Source: an uncultured Rhizobiaceae bacterium (GTDB lineage: Bacteria; Pseudomonadota; Alphaproteobacteria; Rhizobiales; Aestuariivirgaceae). Taken from it: a stretch of 64,000 nt of DNA. Below are positions 33,587 through 42,759 of the stretch, piece by piece (position 1 is the first letter of the stretch; each line of letters opens with the position of its first letter). A program made the translations under genes and the position numbers. The notes under the pieces were generated by a model. That model was not told the origin of the DNA and did not search any database. It saw only the letters and a program-made list of their open reading frames with translations. Location: contig CAZIXE010000010.1 of the NCBI GenBank assembly GCA_964543235.1, forward strand, positions 11,276 through 75,275. Direction: 5' to 3'.

Positions 33587-34294
33587 TTACAGGGAACCCG
33601 GCCCGATGTACCGGGCGAGCCCCGGAATGTCGCGGGCGCGGAAGAAGGCTTTGACCGGCCGTTTGGCGACGATCCGTCCTCCTTCGACATAGGCGACATG
33701 GCTGGCGGCCGCGCGGGCATCGCCCGGGTCATGGGTGACGAGCAGGATTGTCAGGCTGCGCTCGCGGCGGATGCCTTGCAACAGGTCCAGCATCTCGCGC
33801 CGCAGCCCCGGCCCGAGCGCCGTGAAGGGCTCGTCGAGCAGCAGCACCGGCCGGTCGCGAACCACGGCCCGGGCGATGGCGATGCGTTGCCGCTCGCCGC
33901 CGGAAATCTCGCCCGGCTTGCGATGCCTGAGCGCCAGAATGCCGACCCGGTCAAGGGCCGCATCCACCCGCTGGCGTTGGCCGGCATCGAGGTCGAGCCG
34001 AGGCGATACGCCCAGCGCCACGTTGGTCCAGACGTCGAGATGGGCGAAGCTGTTGTGGTCCTGGAAGATCATCGTCACGGGGCGTTTTTCAGGCGGATCG
34101 TCGGTGACGTCGGCGCCGCCGATGAGGATGCGGCCCGACAGCGGTCGTTCGAATCCGGCGATCAGATTCAGCAGGGTGCTCTTTCCCGATCCGCTCGGCC
34201 CGATGATGGCGAGCAGCTCGTCCCGTGCCACTTCGAGCGTGAATGCCATCTGCATGTCCTCGAAATCGAAACGCACCGCATCGAGCCTGATCAT
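33587..34294 (-). CDS. thiQ: thiamine ABC transporter ATP-binding protein
   Basis: 235 aa taken from ATG 34294 (ATGA overlap with the thiP stop). Walker A GPSGSGKST, signature SGGERQR and Walker B LLLDEP are present. The longer track ORF is rejected. Confidence 0.85.
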   Translation of the reverse strand: MIRLDAVRFDFEDMQMAFTLEVARDELLAIIGPSGSGKSTLLNLIAGFERPLSGRILIGGADVTDDPPEKRPVTMIFQDHNSFAHLDVWTNVALGVSPRLDLDAGQRQRVDAALDRVGILALRHRKPGEISGGERQRIAIARAVVRDRPVLLLDEPFTALGPGLRREMLDLLQGIRRERSLTILLVTHDPGDARAAASHVAYVEGGRIVAKRPVKAFFRARDIPGLARYIGPGSL

Positions 34295-35820
34295 GTTCCG
34301 CGCCCCATGCGTTCGGCAAAGCTGATGACCACCATGGACAGAGCCAGCAGGACCAGCGCGGTGGCCGCTGCCGATTCGATCCGGTAGCTTCCCATCTGCC
34401 CGTAGATCAGCGAGGGCAATGTCACCAGGTCCTGCGAGCCGAACAAGGCGATGGCGGTGAGATCGCCGAGCGACACGGCAAAGCAGATGGCTAGAGCAAA
34501 CATCAGGGGACCGCGCATCAGCGGCAGATCGATCAGGCTGAGCCGCCGCAGGCCCGAGATCCCCAGGCTGGCGCACAGCCTGTCTTGCGGCAGCACAGCA
34601 CTTCGCGCCGCCGGCGCCAGAGCACCCACGGCAAAGGGCAGCGCCATCAGCGTATTCATGGCGGCGACCAGCAGGAAGGCCAGCCAGGCGGCAAGGCCGA
34701 AGCGCGCCACGAGCACGAACCATCCCGTGGCCAGGACGGCCGGTGGCACGATCAGGCTGAGCACGCCGGCCAGTGCGAAGATCGTATGCTGCCGGGGCGA
34801 GACGGCCCGCGCCATGGCATAGCCGAGCGGCAGTGCAATGATGACACTGGCGAGGCTTGCCAGGCTTGCAATGGCTACGCTGGTCAGAGCGGCCGTGGCG
34901 ATGGCCTTCCAGGCGAAACTTGCCACGATGCCAACCACAAGGATGGCGACAAGGGGGGCTGCCACATAAAGCGTGGCGAGACCAATGACGATGACATCGG
35001 TCGCACCGGGAGCAGCCGGCGCAAAGCCATAGCGGCGTGACGCCAGCGTGGCACCGCCATAGATTTGCAGCGCATAACGCCCCGCCAGAGCCACCAGCAC
35101 CCCGCACAGTGCAAGCTGCACCAGCGCCAGCGCGCCGGCCCGGCCCGGGTCGAAGTCGAACCGCAGCGCCTGATAGATGGCCACCTCCAGGGTCGTCGCG
35201 CGGGGGCCGCCGCCCAGCGTCAGGACGGCCGCGAAGCTCGCCGCACACAGCAGGAAGATCAGGCTGGCGGCGCCGGTGAGGCCGCTGCGCATGGCGGGCC
35301 AGCCGATCAGCCGGAAGCGGTCGTGGTCGGAAAGGCCCAGCTGGGCACCGAGCCGCCACGGCTCCGGCGCGATCCCGTCGAGCCGCTGCATGAGCAGCCG
35401 CACGGCCAGCGGCATGTTGAAGAAAACATGGGCGATCAGGATGCCTGTCAGGCCATAAGTGTCCAAAGGCACGCCAGTTGCCCGGGCGATCAGTCCTGAG
35501 CGCCCGTACACCGCCACGATCCCCAGAATTGCCACGATGGCGGGCAGCGCCAGGGGCAGGGCGAAGAGTTGCAGGATCAACCCCCGTCCGGGAAATGCGG
35601 TGCGGAACAGCACCCAGCTCACCGGAATTGCCAGTCCGACCGAAAGCAGCGTGGACAGTCCCGCCTGTAGCAGCGTGAAGCGGAGAACCTGCCAGAGATA
35701 GGCATCGAACAGGCTACGCCCGTCGCCCTGGCCAAGTCCGATGAACAGGACCGGCCCGATGCCCAGCCCGACCGCGGTCAGGATGGCAGCGAGCGATGCG
35801 AAGGCAGCGGAATTGCGCAC
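34291..35820 (-). CDS. thiP: thiamine ABC transporter permease (double-domain)
   Basis: 509-aa polytopic two-module permease located between thiB and thiQ, downstream of a TPP riboswitch. Confidence 0.85.
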   Translation of the reverse strand: MRNSAAFASLAAILTAVGLGIGPVLFIGLGQGDGRSLFDAYLWQVLRFTLLQAGLSTLLSVGLAIPVSWVLFRTAFPGRGLILQLFALPLALPAIVAILGIVAVYGRSGLIARATGVPLDTYGLTGILIAHVFFNMPLAVRLLMQRLDGIAPEPWRLGAQLGLSDHDRFRLIGWPAMRSGLTGAASLIFLLCAASFAAVLTLGGGPRATTLEVAIYQALRFDFDPGRAGALALVQLALCGVLVALAGRYALQIYGGATLASRRYGFAPAAPGATDVIVIGLATLYVAAPLVAILVVGIVASFAWKAIATAALTSVAIASLASLASVIIALPLGYAMARAVSPRQHTIFALAGVLSLIVPPAVLATGWFVLVARFGLAAWLAFLLVAAMNTLMALPFAVGALAPAARSAVLPQDRLCASLGISGLRRLSLIDLPLMRGPLMFALAICFAVSLGDLTAIALFGSQDLVTLPSLIYGQMGSYRIESAAATALVLLALSMVVISFAERMGRGT

Positions 35821-35826
35821 CCGGAC

Positions 35827-36822
35827 CTATTCACTTACCGCATTGAGCCACTCGTCAATCCAGGCGCGGCGGTTCCGGGCGACCTCGTCAGGCGGGAAGA
35901 GGTGCGTTTTGGCGGGAACGACCAGCTTGCCAAAGGCATCGGGCAGGGGTCCGGAAGTTGGCGCGGCCGGAAACATCCAGTTGCTGGTTGGTATTTCATC
36001 CTGAAAGCCGGGACTCACCATGAAGGCCAGGAACTTCTCGGCCAGCGCCCGTTCCGGCGATCCGGCGATGAGCCCGGCCACTTCGACCTGCAGGTAGTGG
36101 CCTTCCGCAAAGGCTGCTGCCTGGTAGCGCGATGTCTGCTCGGCAATCATGTGATAGGCGGGCGAGGTCGTGTAGGACAGCACCATCGGGGCCTCGCCCT
36201 TCGTGAACAGCCCGTAGGCCTCCGACCAGCCCGGCGTGGTGGTCAGAATGCGCCCCTTGAGCCGGCCCCAGGCTTCGCCCGCCCTGTCGCCATAGACCGC
36301 CTTCATCCACAGCAGGAAACCCAACCCCGGCGTCGAGGAGCGCGGATCTTCGAGGATGATCTTCTGCGCCGGATCGCCATTGACGAGCTCGTCGAGCGAG
36401 TGCGGCGGGGCCGGCAACGCTTCGCTATCGTACACGACGGCAAAGTGGCCATAATCGAAGGGCAGGAACAGCGGATCGTTCCAGGCGATCGGAATGGTGA
36501 GGCCGGCGCTGCTCAGCCCGTGTTGGCCAAACAGGCCGGTGGCCGCCGCTTCCGCGGTCAGGTTGGTGTCGAGACCAAGCACCACATCGGCCTGGGTCGC
36601 TGTGCCCTCGAGCTTCAGGCGGTTGAGCATGGCAACGCCGTCGGCGATTGCCACCCACTGCAACGTACAGGCGCAGATATCCTCGAACTTCTGCTTGATC
36701 TTGGGTCCCGGGCCCCATTCGGCGACGAAACTTTCATACGTATAGACTGTCAGCGTTTCGGCCGCACGCGCTGGCAATGCGAGCATGACGAGCGCGATCA
36801 GGGCAAGTGCTGGTCTTTTCAT
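35827..36822 (-). CDS. thiB: thiamine/TPP-binding periplasmic protein
   Basis: 331 aa with a signal peptide. It is a family-1 SBP sitting immediately downstream of a TPP riboswitch. Confidence 0.85.
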   Translation of the reverse strand: MKRPALALIALVMLALPARAAETLTVYTYESFVAEWGPGPKIKQKFEDICACTLQWVAIADGVAMLNRLKLEGTATQADVVLGLDTNLTAEAAATGLFGQHGLSSAGLTIPIAWNDPLFLPFDYGHFAVVYDSEALPAPPHSLDELVNGDPAQKIILEDPRSSTPGLGFLLWMKAVYGDRAGEAWGRLKGRILTTTPGWSEAYGLFTKGEAPMVLSYTTSPAYHMIAEQTSRYQAAAFAEGHYLQVEVAGLIAGSPERALAEKFLAFMVSPGFQDEIPTSNWMFPAAPTSGPLPDAFGKLVVPAKTHLFPPDEVARNRRAWIDEWLNAVSE

Positions 36823-36825
36823 TGT

Positions 36826-36968
36826 GTCCTCCTATACTTCCGGTGGGAGGACCCGGGGCGTGACCTGCGCCCGCTCGCAATCCCTCCGCCGGCATGATCC
36901 GGATCAGGTTCAGCGGGTTGGCGGTCTTCGCGCCTCTCAGCCATGACGGCACCCCGTTGAGAGCGCCG
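36826..36968 (-). promoter_or_regulatory. TPP (THI-box) riboswitch with SD-sequestering helix
   Basis: The minus strand reads CGCUCUCAACGGGGUGCCGUCAUGGCUGAGAGGCGCGAAGACCGCCAACCCGCUGAACCUGAUCCGGAUCAUGCCGGCGGAGGGAUUGCGAGCG, which contains the canonical GGGGUGC, CUGAGA, ACCC, GAACCUGAUCCGGAUCAUGCCGGCG and AGGGA elements. Downstream, GUCCUCC (36852-36846) can pair with the SD GGAGGAC (36832-36826). Confidence 0.9.
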
Positions 36969-37035
36969 TGAAGCTATGATGCAAATTGGGCACTGGCAAG
37001 AACATTCTGTTAGGTTTTTCTGTTAAGAGATCGCT

Positions 37036-37668
37036 ATGTCTCGCTTTGTCATCCTGCTGGGCGGCCGGCTTTCCCCCACCGCACGATTGGTGGGACAGGT
37101 GCGCGGCGCCCGCGTCATTGCCGCCGACAGCGGCATGGGTCACGCCAAGCCGCTGGGACTTGCGCCGGAACTTTGGGTCGGCGACTTCGATTCGACCGAC
37201 GAGGAACTGGCCGCCGCCTATCAGCATGTCGGCCGTCATGCCTACCCGGCAGAAAAGGACATGACCGACGGCGAGATCGCCATCCGCGAGGCCATCAACC
37301 GGGGCGCTTCCGAACTTGTTCTGGCCGGCGGCATGGGCGGCCAGGCCGATCACACGCTGGGCCATTTCGGCCTGGCGCTGTCGCTGGCCAGCCGCGGCTA
37401 CCGCACCATGCTGACCAGCGGCGATGAAGAGGGCCATCCGCTGATCCCGGGCAAGCTTGCGATCGACGTCCCGCCCGGGACGGTCGTAAGTCTGATTCCC
37501 TTTGCCGATCTCGAAGGCTTCCATATCGAGGGCGTCAAATGGCCCCTCGTTGATCGCCGCGTGCCGCTGGGCTCCAGCCTGACCCTGTCCAATGTGGCAA
37601 CGGGTCCCGTCCGCATGAGCCTCGACAAGGGCTATGGTGTCGCCGTGGTGTACTTCCAGCAGGAATGA
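37036..37668 (+). CDS. thiamine diphosphokinase
   Basis: 210 aa with the TPK catalytic pattern (VIAADSG..., LWVGDFDS, KDMTDGEIA) and a C-terminal thiamine-binding domain. Confidence 0.85.
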   Translation: MSRFVILLGGRLSPTARLVGQVRGARVIAADSGMGHAKPLGLAPELWVGDFDSTDEELAAAYQHVGRHAYPAEKDMTDGEIAIREAINRGASELVLAGGMGGQADHTLGHFGLALSLASRGYRTMLTSGDEEGHPLIPGKLAIDVPPGTVVSLIPFADLEGFHIEGVKWPLVDRRVPLGSSLTLSNVATGPVRMSLDKGYGVAVVYFQQE

Positions 37669-37669
37669 C

Positions 37670-38863
37670 ATGGACGTTGAACTGACGATCAGGCGTCTCG
37701 GTCGTCAGGGGGAAGGTGTCGCGTCGCACGACGGACGCACCGTCTATGTTCCGCACGCCTTGCCGGGGGAGGTCGTCCTGGCCGACCTTCAGACAGATCG
37801 CGGCACCGTGAAGAAGATCCTTCAGGCTTCCGAATGCCGCGTCACTCCCTTTTGCAGACATTTCGGCCATTGCGGTGGATGTGCCGTGCAGCATCTGGCT
37901 GTGGCCGACTATCGCCGCTGGAAGCAGGGCCTGGTAACCGGCGCATTGCGCCATGCCGGCATCGATGTCGAGTGCCGGGAACTCCTTGACGCCGTGGGCG
38001 CCGGCCGCCGCCGCGCCACGCTGCATGCCCGCGCCGAAGGCGCCGGTTTCAACGCCGCCCGCAGCCACAAGGTCCACCCCCTGGATGGCTGTCCGATCCT
38101 GGAGCCCGGCCTCGGCCATGCGCCTGCTGTGGCCAGCACCGTCCATGGCGCTGTTGGCGACAGCGATGTGACGTTTACGATGACGCATGGCGGCATCGAT
38201 TGTGCCGTCAAGGCCCAGAAACACGCCAGGGCGGAACGCCTGTTGCCGCTGGCCGAGCACTTTGGTCTGGCCCGGATCGCGCTGAATGGTGAAGTGCTGC
38301 TGACCCGCAACGCGCCGGAGCTGCAACTGGGACGGAGCAGGGTGGTGTTGCCGCCCGGCAGCTTCCTGCAGGCGACAGCTCGCGGCGAGGAGCTGCTGGC
38401 CGAGCAGGTGATCGAGGCCGTGGGTCCGGCGCGGCACATTGCCGATCTCTTTTGCGGCGTCGGCCCTTTTGCCCTGCGCTTGGCTGAACGTGCCAAGATT
38501 CATGCCTTTGACAGCGATTCGGCCGCAATTGCCGCAATTCGCGAGGCAGTGCGCAAGACCCAGGGAATCCGGCCGGTGACGGCCGAGGTCCGCGACCTGT
38601 TTCGTGAACCTCTGACCGCCGCCGAAGGGAATGCCTTTGATGCGGTCGTCCTCGATCCTCCGCGGGCTGGCGCTGAGGCTCAGATGCGCAATCTGGCAAA
38701 GTCCAGGGTCCGCACCATCGCCTCCGTATCCTGCGATCCGGCGACATTTGCACGCGATGCGGCAATCCTCATCGCCGGCGGTTATCGCCTCGAACGGGTG
38801 ACGCCCCTCGACCAGTTTGCCTGGTCGCCGCATGTGGAGATGGTGGGCGTGTTCAGGCGCTAG
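37670..38863 (+). CDS. class I SAM-dependent RNA (uracil-5-)-methyltransferase, RumA/TrmA family
   Basis: ATG at 37670. The layout is a TRAM-like N-terminus, an Fe-S Cys cluster ([14 protein letters not shown]), a SAM fold (DLFCGVGPF) and a C-terminal catalytic Cys (VSCDP). Confidence 0.8.
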   Translation: MDVELTIRRLGRQGEGVASHDGRTVYVPHALPGEVVLADLQTDRGTVKKILQASECRVTPFCRHFGHCGGCAVQHLAVADYRRWKQGLVTGALRHAGIDVECRELLDAVGAGRRRATLHARAEGAGFNAARSHKVHPLDGCPILEPGLGHAPAVASTVHGAVGDSDVTFTMTHGGIDCAVKAQKHARAERLLPLAEHFGLARIALNGEVLLTRNAPELQLGRSRVVLPPGSFLQATARGEELLAEQVIEAVGPARHIADLFCGVGPFALRLAERAKIHAFDSDSAAIAAIREAVRKTQGIRPVTAEVRDLFREPLTAAEGNAFDAVVLDPPRAGAEAQMRNLAKSRVRTIASVSCDPATFARDAAILIAGGYRLERVTPLDQFAWSPHVEMVGVFRR

Positions 38864-39432
38864 TCCTTGGCGCGCTCGACATAGGATCCGTCCTCCGTCG
38901 AGATCACGACCCGCGTGCCCGAGGTGATGTGCGGCGGCACCATGGTGCGAACACCATTGGAAAGCACCGCAGGCTTGAACGACGAGGCGGCCGTCTGGTT
39001 CTTGATGACCGGCTCTGTCTCGACGATTTCCAGCGTCACCCGCTGCGGCAGCTCGATCGAGATCGGCGTGCCGTTGAACAGGGCGATCTGGCACTCCATG
39101 CCTTCCTGGAGATAGGGCGCACCGTCACCCACCATGTCGGCGGCGATGCTGATCTGCTCGTAATTTTCCGGGTTCATGAACACGAACATCTCGCCGTCCT
39201 GGTACAGGTAGTTGTGCGGGATCGTTTCCACGAAGGCGCGCTCGACCGAATCCGTCGTCTTGTAGCGCACCACGGTTTTCACGCCGTCGGAAATGCGGCG
39301 CATGTCGATGGTCGTCGTGGGCGTGCCCTTGCCGGGATGGAAATTCTCGGCCTTGAGGACGACATAGAGCTTGCCATCCTCATGTTCGATGACATTGCCC
39401 TTGCGAACGCCGCTCGCGATGATCTTGACCAC
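38860..39432 (-). CDS. efp: elongation factor P
   Basis: A GTG start at 39432 gives [14 protein letters not shown]... (190 aa). The modification loop HPGKGTP carries the conserved Lys. The longer track ORF has no EF-P-like N-terminus. Confidence 0.9.
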   Translation of the reverse strand: MVKIIASGVRKGNVIEHEDGKLYVVLKAENFHPGKGTPTTTIDMRRISDGVKTVVRYKTTDSVERAFVETIPHNYLYQDGEMFVFMNPENYEQISIAADMVGDGAPYLQEGMECQIALFNGTPISIELPQRVTLEIVETEPVIKNQTAASSFKPAVLSNGVRTMVPPHITSGTRVVISTEDGSYVERAKD

Positions 39433-39521
39433 GTGAACTCTCTTATTCTGGAATTGCTGTAATGAGTTGGCGGCGGTATTAGCAGCAAGGTTCCCCTTCG
39501 CCAAGCCCTACGGACCGAGCC

Positions 39522-40556
39522 TTGACGACAACCCCGCTGCCCTGGTGGCGGCCCGAGCGACACGCCGAACGGCGGCCCTTCCTCCTGGCGCGCAACCGTA
39601 TCGTCAGTGCCATCCGGTCCCACTTCACCGCGCTGGATTTTCTCGAAGTCGATTGCGGGGCATTGCAGCTCTCGCCCGGCAACGAAGTCCATCTCCATGC
39701 CTTCGCCACCGAACTCATCGACAATGAGGGAACGGCGCACCGCCGCTATCTGCACACCTCGCCGGAGTTTGCCTGCAAGAAACTGTTGGCGGCCGGCGAA
39801 CGCCGGATTTTTTCTCTGGGCCACGTCTTTCGCAACCGGGAACGGACCCGCCTGCACGTTCCGGAATTCACCATGCTCGAATGGTATCGTGCCGGCGAAG
39901 CCTATCGCGCCGTGATGGATGACACCGTTTCCCTCATCCGTCTGGCGGCGGCGACCGCAGGGTGCCCGCAACTGGTCTATCGCGGCCGGCAATGCGATAC
40001 CGCGATGGCGGTTGAAATCCTGTCCGTGGCCGCCGCATTCGAGCGCTATGCGGGCATCAGGCTTCTGGACACGCTCGATCGCCAGGGGCGGCCCGACCGC
40101 GCTGCCCTGGCCCGCATCGCGCCGCTGCCGGTCCGGGCCGACGACAGCTGGTCCGACATCTTCAGCGCCATCCTGGTGCGCGAGGTCGAACCGCATCTGG
40201 GCCAGGGGCGGATCACCATTCTTGCCGAGTACCCCGCCTGCGAAGCCGCACTTGCCCGCGTATCGCCGGATGATCCGCGTGTTTGCGAGCGTTTCGAAGC
40301 CTATGTCTGTGGTGTGGAACTGGCCAACGGCTTCGGCGAACTGACCGATCCGGCCGAGCAGCGCCGCCGTTTTGAAGCCGACATGGCCCTGAGACAGCAG
40401 CTCTATGGTGAGCGCTACCCGATCGACGCGACGTTCCTCGAGGCCCTTGCCCTGATGCCGGAGGCGGCGGGCGTGGCGCTCGGCCTCGACCGTCTCGTGA
40501 TGCTGGCGGCCGGCGCCGGCGACATTGCCGACGTGCTCTGGACGCCGCCAACTTAG
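39522..40556 (+). CDS. epmA: EF-P--(R)-beta-lysine ligase (truncated class II LysRS paralogue)
   Basis: 344 aa. The blocks PEFTMLEWY, ERFE.Y..G.ELANGF.ELTD and GVALG.DRLVML match my memory of E. coli EpmA. The only in-frame start is TTG at 39522. Confidence 0.8.
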   Translation: MTTTPLPWWRPERHAERRPFLLARNRIVSAIRSHFTALDFLEVDCGALQLSPGNEVHLHAFATELIDNEGTAHRRYLHTSPEFACKKLLAAGERRIFSLGHVFRNRERTRLHVPEFTMLEWYRAGEAYRAVMDDTVSLIRLAAATAGCPQLVYRGRQCDTAMAVEILSVAAAFERYAGIRLLDTLDRQGRPDRAALARIAPLPVRADDSWSDIFSAILVREVEPHLGQGRITILAEYPACEAALARVSPDDPRVCERFEAYVCGVELANGFGELTDPAEQRRRFEADMALRQQLYGERYPIDATFLEALALMPEAAGVALGLDRLVMLAAGAGDIADVLWTPPT

Positions 40557-40610
40557 TGCTTCTCAAGCCATTGAAGGCGTGTGACATTTGAGGCAGACGG
40601 GAGATCGGAC

Positions 40611-41507
40611 ATGACGGACAGAATGCGTGTGGGCCTGATTGGTGCCGGGCTGATGGGCCATGGCATCGGCAAGAACATCGTCGAGAAGGGCTATCCGCTG
40701 ACGGTGATGGCGCATCGCAACCGCGCCCCCGTGGAGGACCTTGTGAAGCGCGGCGCGAAGGAGGCGAAATCGCCCCGCGAGATCGCCCAAGCCTCTGATC
40801 TGGTTATCCTTTGCGTGACGGCGACGCCCCAGGTCGAAGCCGCCGTCTATGGTCCTGACGGCATCATCCAGGCCCTGCGGGACGGCCTGGTGGTTGCCGA
40901 TGCCTCCACCGCCGAACCCCAGTCCACCATGAAAATCGCCAGCGATTTCAGGGAGAAGGGCGCCTGGTTCGTGGACATTCCGCTGACCCGCACGCCCAAA
41001 GAGGCCGAGGAGGGCCGCCTCGGTGTGATGACCGGCGGCGATCCCGCGGTGCTGGCGCGGATCGATCCCGTGCTGCGCTGCTTCGCCGAGACCATTGTCT
41101 ATGCCGGAGCCGTCGGCGCTGCCCATAAGCTCAAGCTTATCAACAACTTCCTGGCGCTCGGTAATGCCGCGCTGGTGGCCGAGGCGATCACCGTGGCAGC
41201 CAAGGCCGGCGTCGACATGACAGCACTGCGCGACATCGTCGTGGTGGGCGGCGCCAATTCGGTGATGTTCGAGCGCCTGATCCGGGTGCCGCTGGCCGAT
41301 GACGACACCGCCGCCCGCTTCGCAATTCGCAATGGCCGCAAGGACTTGCGCTATTATACGAATCTCGCCGAGCAATTGCCGGTGACCTCCTTCCTGGCCG
41401 AGGCCGTGCACCAGACCTATGTCATGGCCGAGACGCAAGGCTATGGCGAGCGTTTCGTGCCCCGCCTCATCGACATGCTGGCTGGCATCAACGGGCTCCG
41501 GAAATAG
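40611..41507 (+). CDS. NAD(P)-dependent oxidoreductase (3-hydroxyisobutyrate dehydrogenase family)
   Basis: ATG at 40611 follows GGGAGA. A Rossmann motif VGLIGAGLMGHGIG is followed by a 6PGDH-like C-terminal domain. Confidence 0.8.
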   Translation: MTDRMRVGLIGAGLMGHGIGKNIVEKGYPLTVMAHRNRAPVEDLVKRGAKEAKSPREIAQASDLVILCVTATPQVEAAVYGPDGIIQALRDGLVVADASTAEPQSTMKIASDFREKGAWFVDIPLTRTPKEAEEGRLGVMTGGDPAVLARIDPVLRCFAETIVYAGAVGAAHKLKLINNFLALGNAALVAEAITVAAKAGVDMTALRDIVVVGGANSVMFERLIRVPLADDDTAARFAIRNGRKDLRYYTNLAEQLPVTSFLAEAVHQTYVMAETQGYGERFVPRLIDMLAGINGLRK

Positions 41508-41682
41508 CCGCCGCGCCGCCGTCCCGGAACGGGCTGCCTCATTCACCCGCGCGGCTTGAGCCGCACCTGGCCCGGGTGATGATGGGGGGAATGGTGAGAG
41601 GGGCGCCCTTCCCCGCACGCGCAGCCGCGTGCCGCCCCTGGTATCTGGACAACGTGTTGGAATCCGGATTCAAGCGGCTGAG

Positions 41683-41712
41683 CACCGGGGCCGCTCACGT
41701 ACGGCCCCGGTG
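41683..41712. terminator. 11-bp perfect hairpin between convergent genes
   Basis: CACCGGGGCCG (41683-93), an 8-nt loop, then CGGCCCCGGTG (41702-12). Neither strand has a clear U-tract. Confidence 0.35.
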
Positions 41713-41759
41713 TGCGGCGCTACAGGGATGATCCGCCGGCGGAAGAAGGGAGAATGCGG

Positions 41760-42494
41760 TCAGCAGCAGGCGTCCGCTGCCGCATCGTGCGCGTACTCGT
41801 CATGCAGCCTGACCCAGCTCATGGTGCCGTTCTCGTTGCGGCCTTTCGGTGCGAGATCGAGCCAGTTGAAGGCACCGATCAGCAGTTCGTCGCCGCGATG
41901 ATAGGTCGAATAGGTATGATAGACGTGGCCCGCCGCATCCCGCGCGAAGATCGAGGTGCCGTGCATGTCTTCGGATGACTTGATCGGCGTGCCGTAATTG
42001 TAGATGGCCCGGCCGGCCGCGATGTCCTCCTTGCGGAAGGAAACGCCGAAATCATAGTTGAAGTCGTTGGCCTGCGAAGAGACCCACGGGAAGCCCCAGC
42101 CGAGCCGCTGCCTGACCTCCTCGATCCTCGCGAGCGGTGCCCGCGAGATGGCGGCGAAGGCGAGGTCGGCCTGCTCGAAATGCTGCCGCGCCGCGTCGAT
42201 GTGATCGGCGATGAACGAGCAGCCGGCGCAGATATGATCCGACTCCGGCGCCAGCATGAAGTGATAGACGGCAAGCTGGCTGCGGCCGCGGAACAGGTCG
42301 GCAAGCGTACAGGCGCCCTGCGGGCCCTGGAACACATAAGGCTTGTCGACCAGAACCCAGGGCAGCGCGCGCCGCGCGGCACGTACCCGGTCGAGTTCAT
42401 GGGTGACGGCCCGCTCCTTCGCGAGCAGCGCCTTGCGCGCTTCCAGCCATTCCGCTGGCGAGACGACTTTGGGTGCGGTCAGTGTGGCGGTCAT
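41760..42494 (-). CDS. DUF899-family thioredoxin-like protein
   Basis: Start at ATG 42494 (AGGAG SD), giving 244 aa. The product has the typical N-terminal coiled segment (EWLEARKALLAKE) and a Cys pair (CAGCS). Confidence 0.8.
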   Translation of the reverse strand: MTATLTAPKVVSPAEWLEARKALLAKERAVTHELDRVRAARRALPWVLVDKPYVFQGPQGACTLADLFRGRSQLAVYHFMLAPESDHICAGCSFIADHIDAARQHFEQADLAFAAISRAPLARIEEVRQRLGWGFPWVSSQANDFNYDFGVSFRKEDIAAGRAIYNYGTPIKSSEDMHGTSIFARDAAGHVYHTYSTYHRGDELLIGAFNWLDLAPKGRNENGTMSWVRLHDEYAHDAAADACC

Positions 42495-42759
42495 GTTCAG
42501 GGCTCCTGTGATGATGATGACGTCGAATTGGTTGACTGTGGCTGTGCCGTTGCCGGCGGCCGGCCGGGCCGCGGCGCCGCATGGGCCTGAGCCGCGAAGA
42601 TGGCTTCGGCGGAATAACAGAAGGGACACATGGCATTCTTCCTTTCATGGCGACCGGCGCGGCCCGCGTGCGAAGTGCAGCGGCCTGCCGGCCCGGGAAC
42701 ATGTGTTAGGGTAGGCGCCGGGAAAGGAAGGTGAGAGTGACAAGTCTGGCGCGATTGCC

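Noticed and set aside
34295-35359. Upstream extension of the thiQ reading frame (the track ORF is 590 aa)
   Set aside because: The extension overlaps thiP in another frame and has Arg/Pro/Gly-rich junk composition. The ABC ATPase domain begins exactly at ATG 34294, in an ATGA overlap with the thiP stop.
37535-39094. 519-aa minus-strand ORF
   Set aside because: It is antisense to the RNA methyltransferase gene and overlaps efp out of frame. It is a GC artefact.
39433-39504. 24-codon N-terminal extension of efp in the ORF track
   Set aside because: EF-P proteins start at MVK...; the GTG at 39432 reproduces that N-terminus and gives the expected length of about 190 aa.
42525-42536. Single GAATTGGTTGAC box upstream of the DUF899 gene as a further regulon site
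   Set aside because: There is only one isolated box, 31 bp from the start codon, with no phased partners. A single ATTGGT-type hexamer is expected by chance several times in a window of this size.
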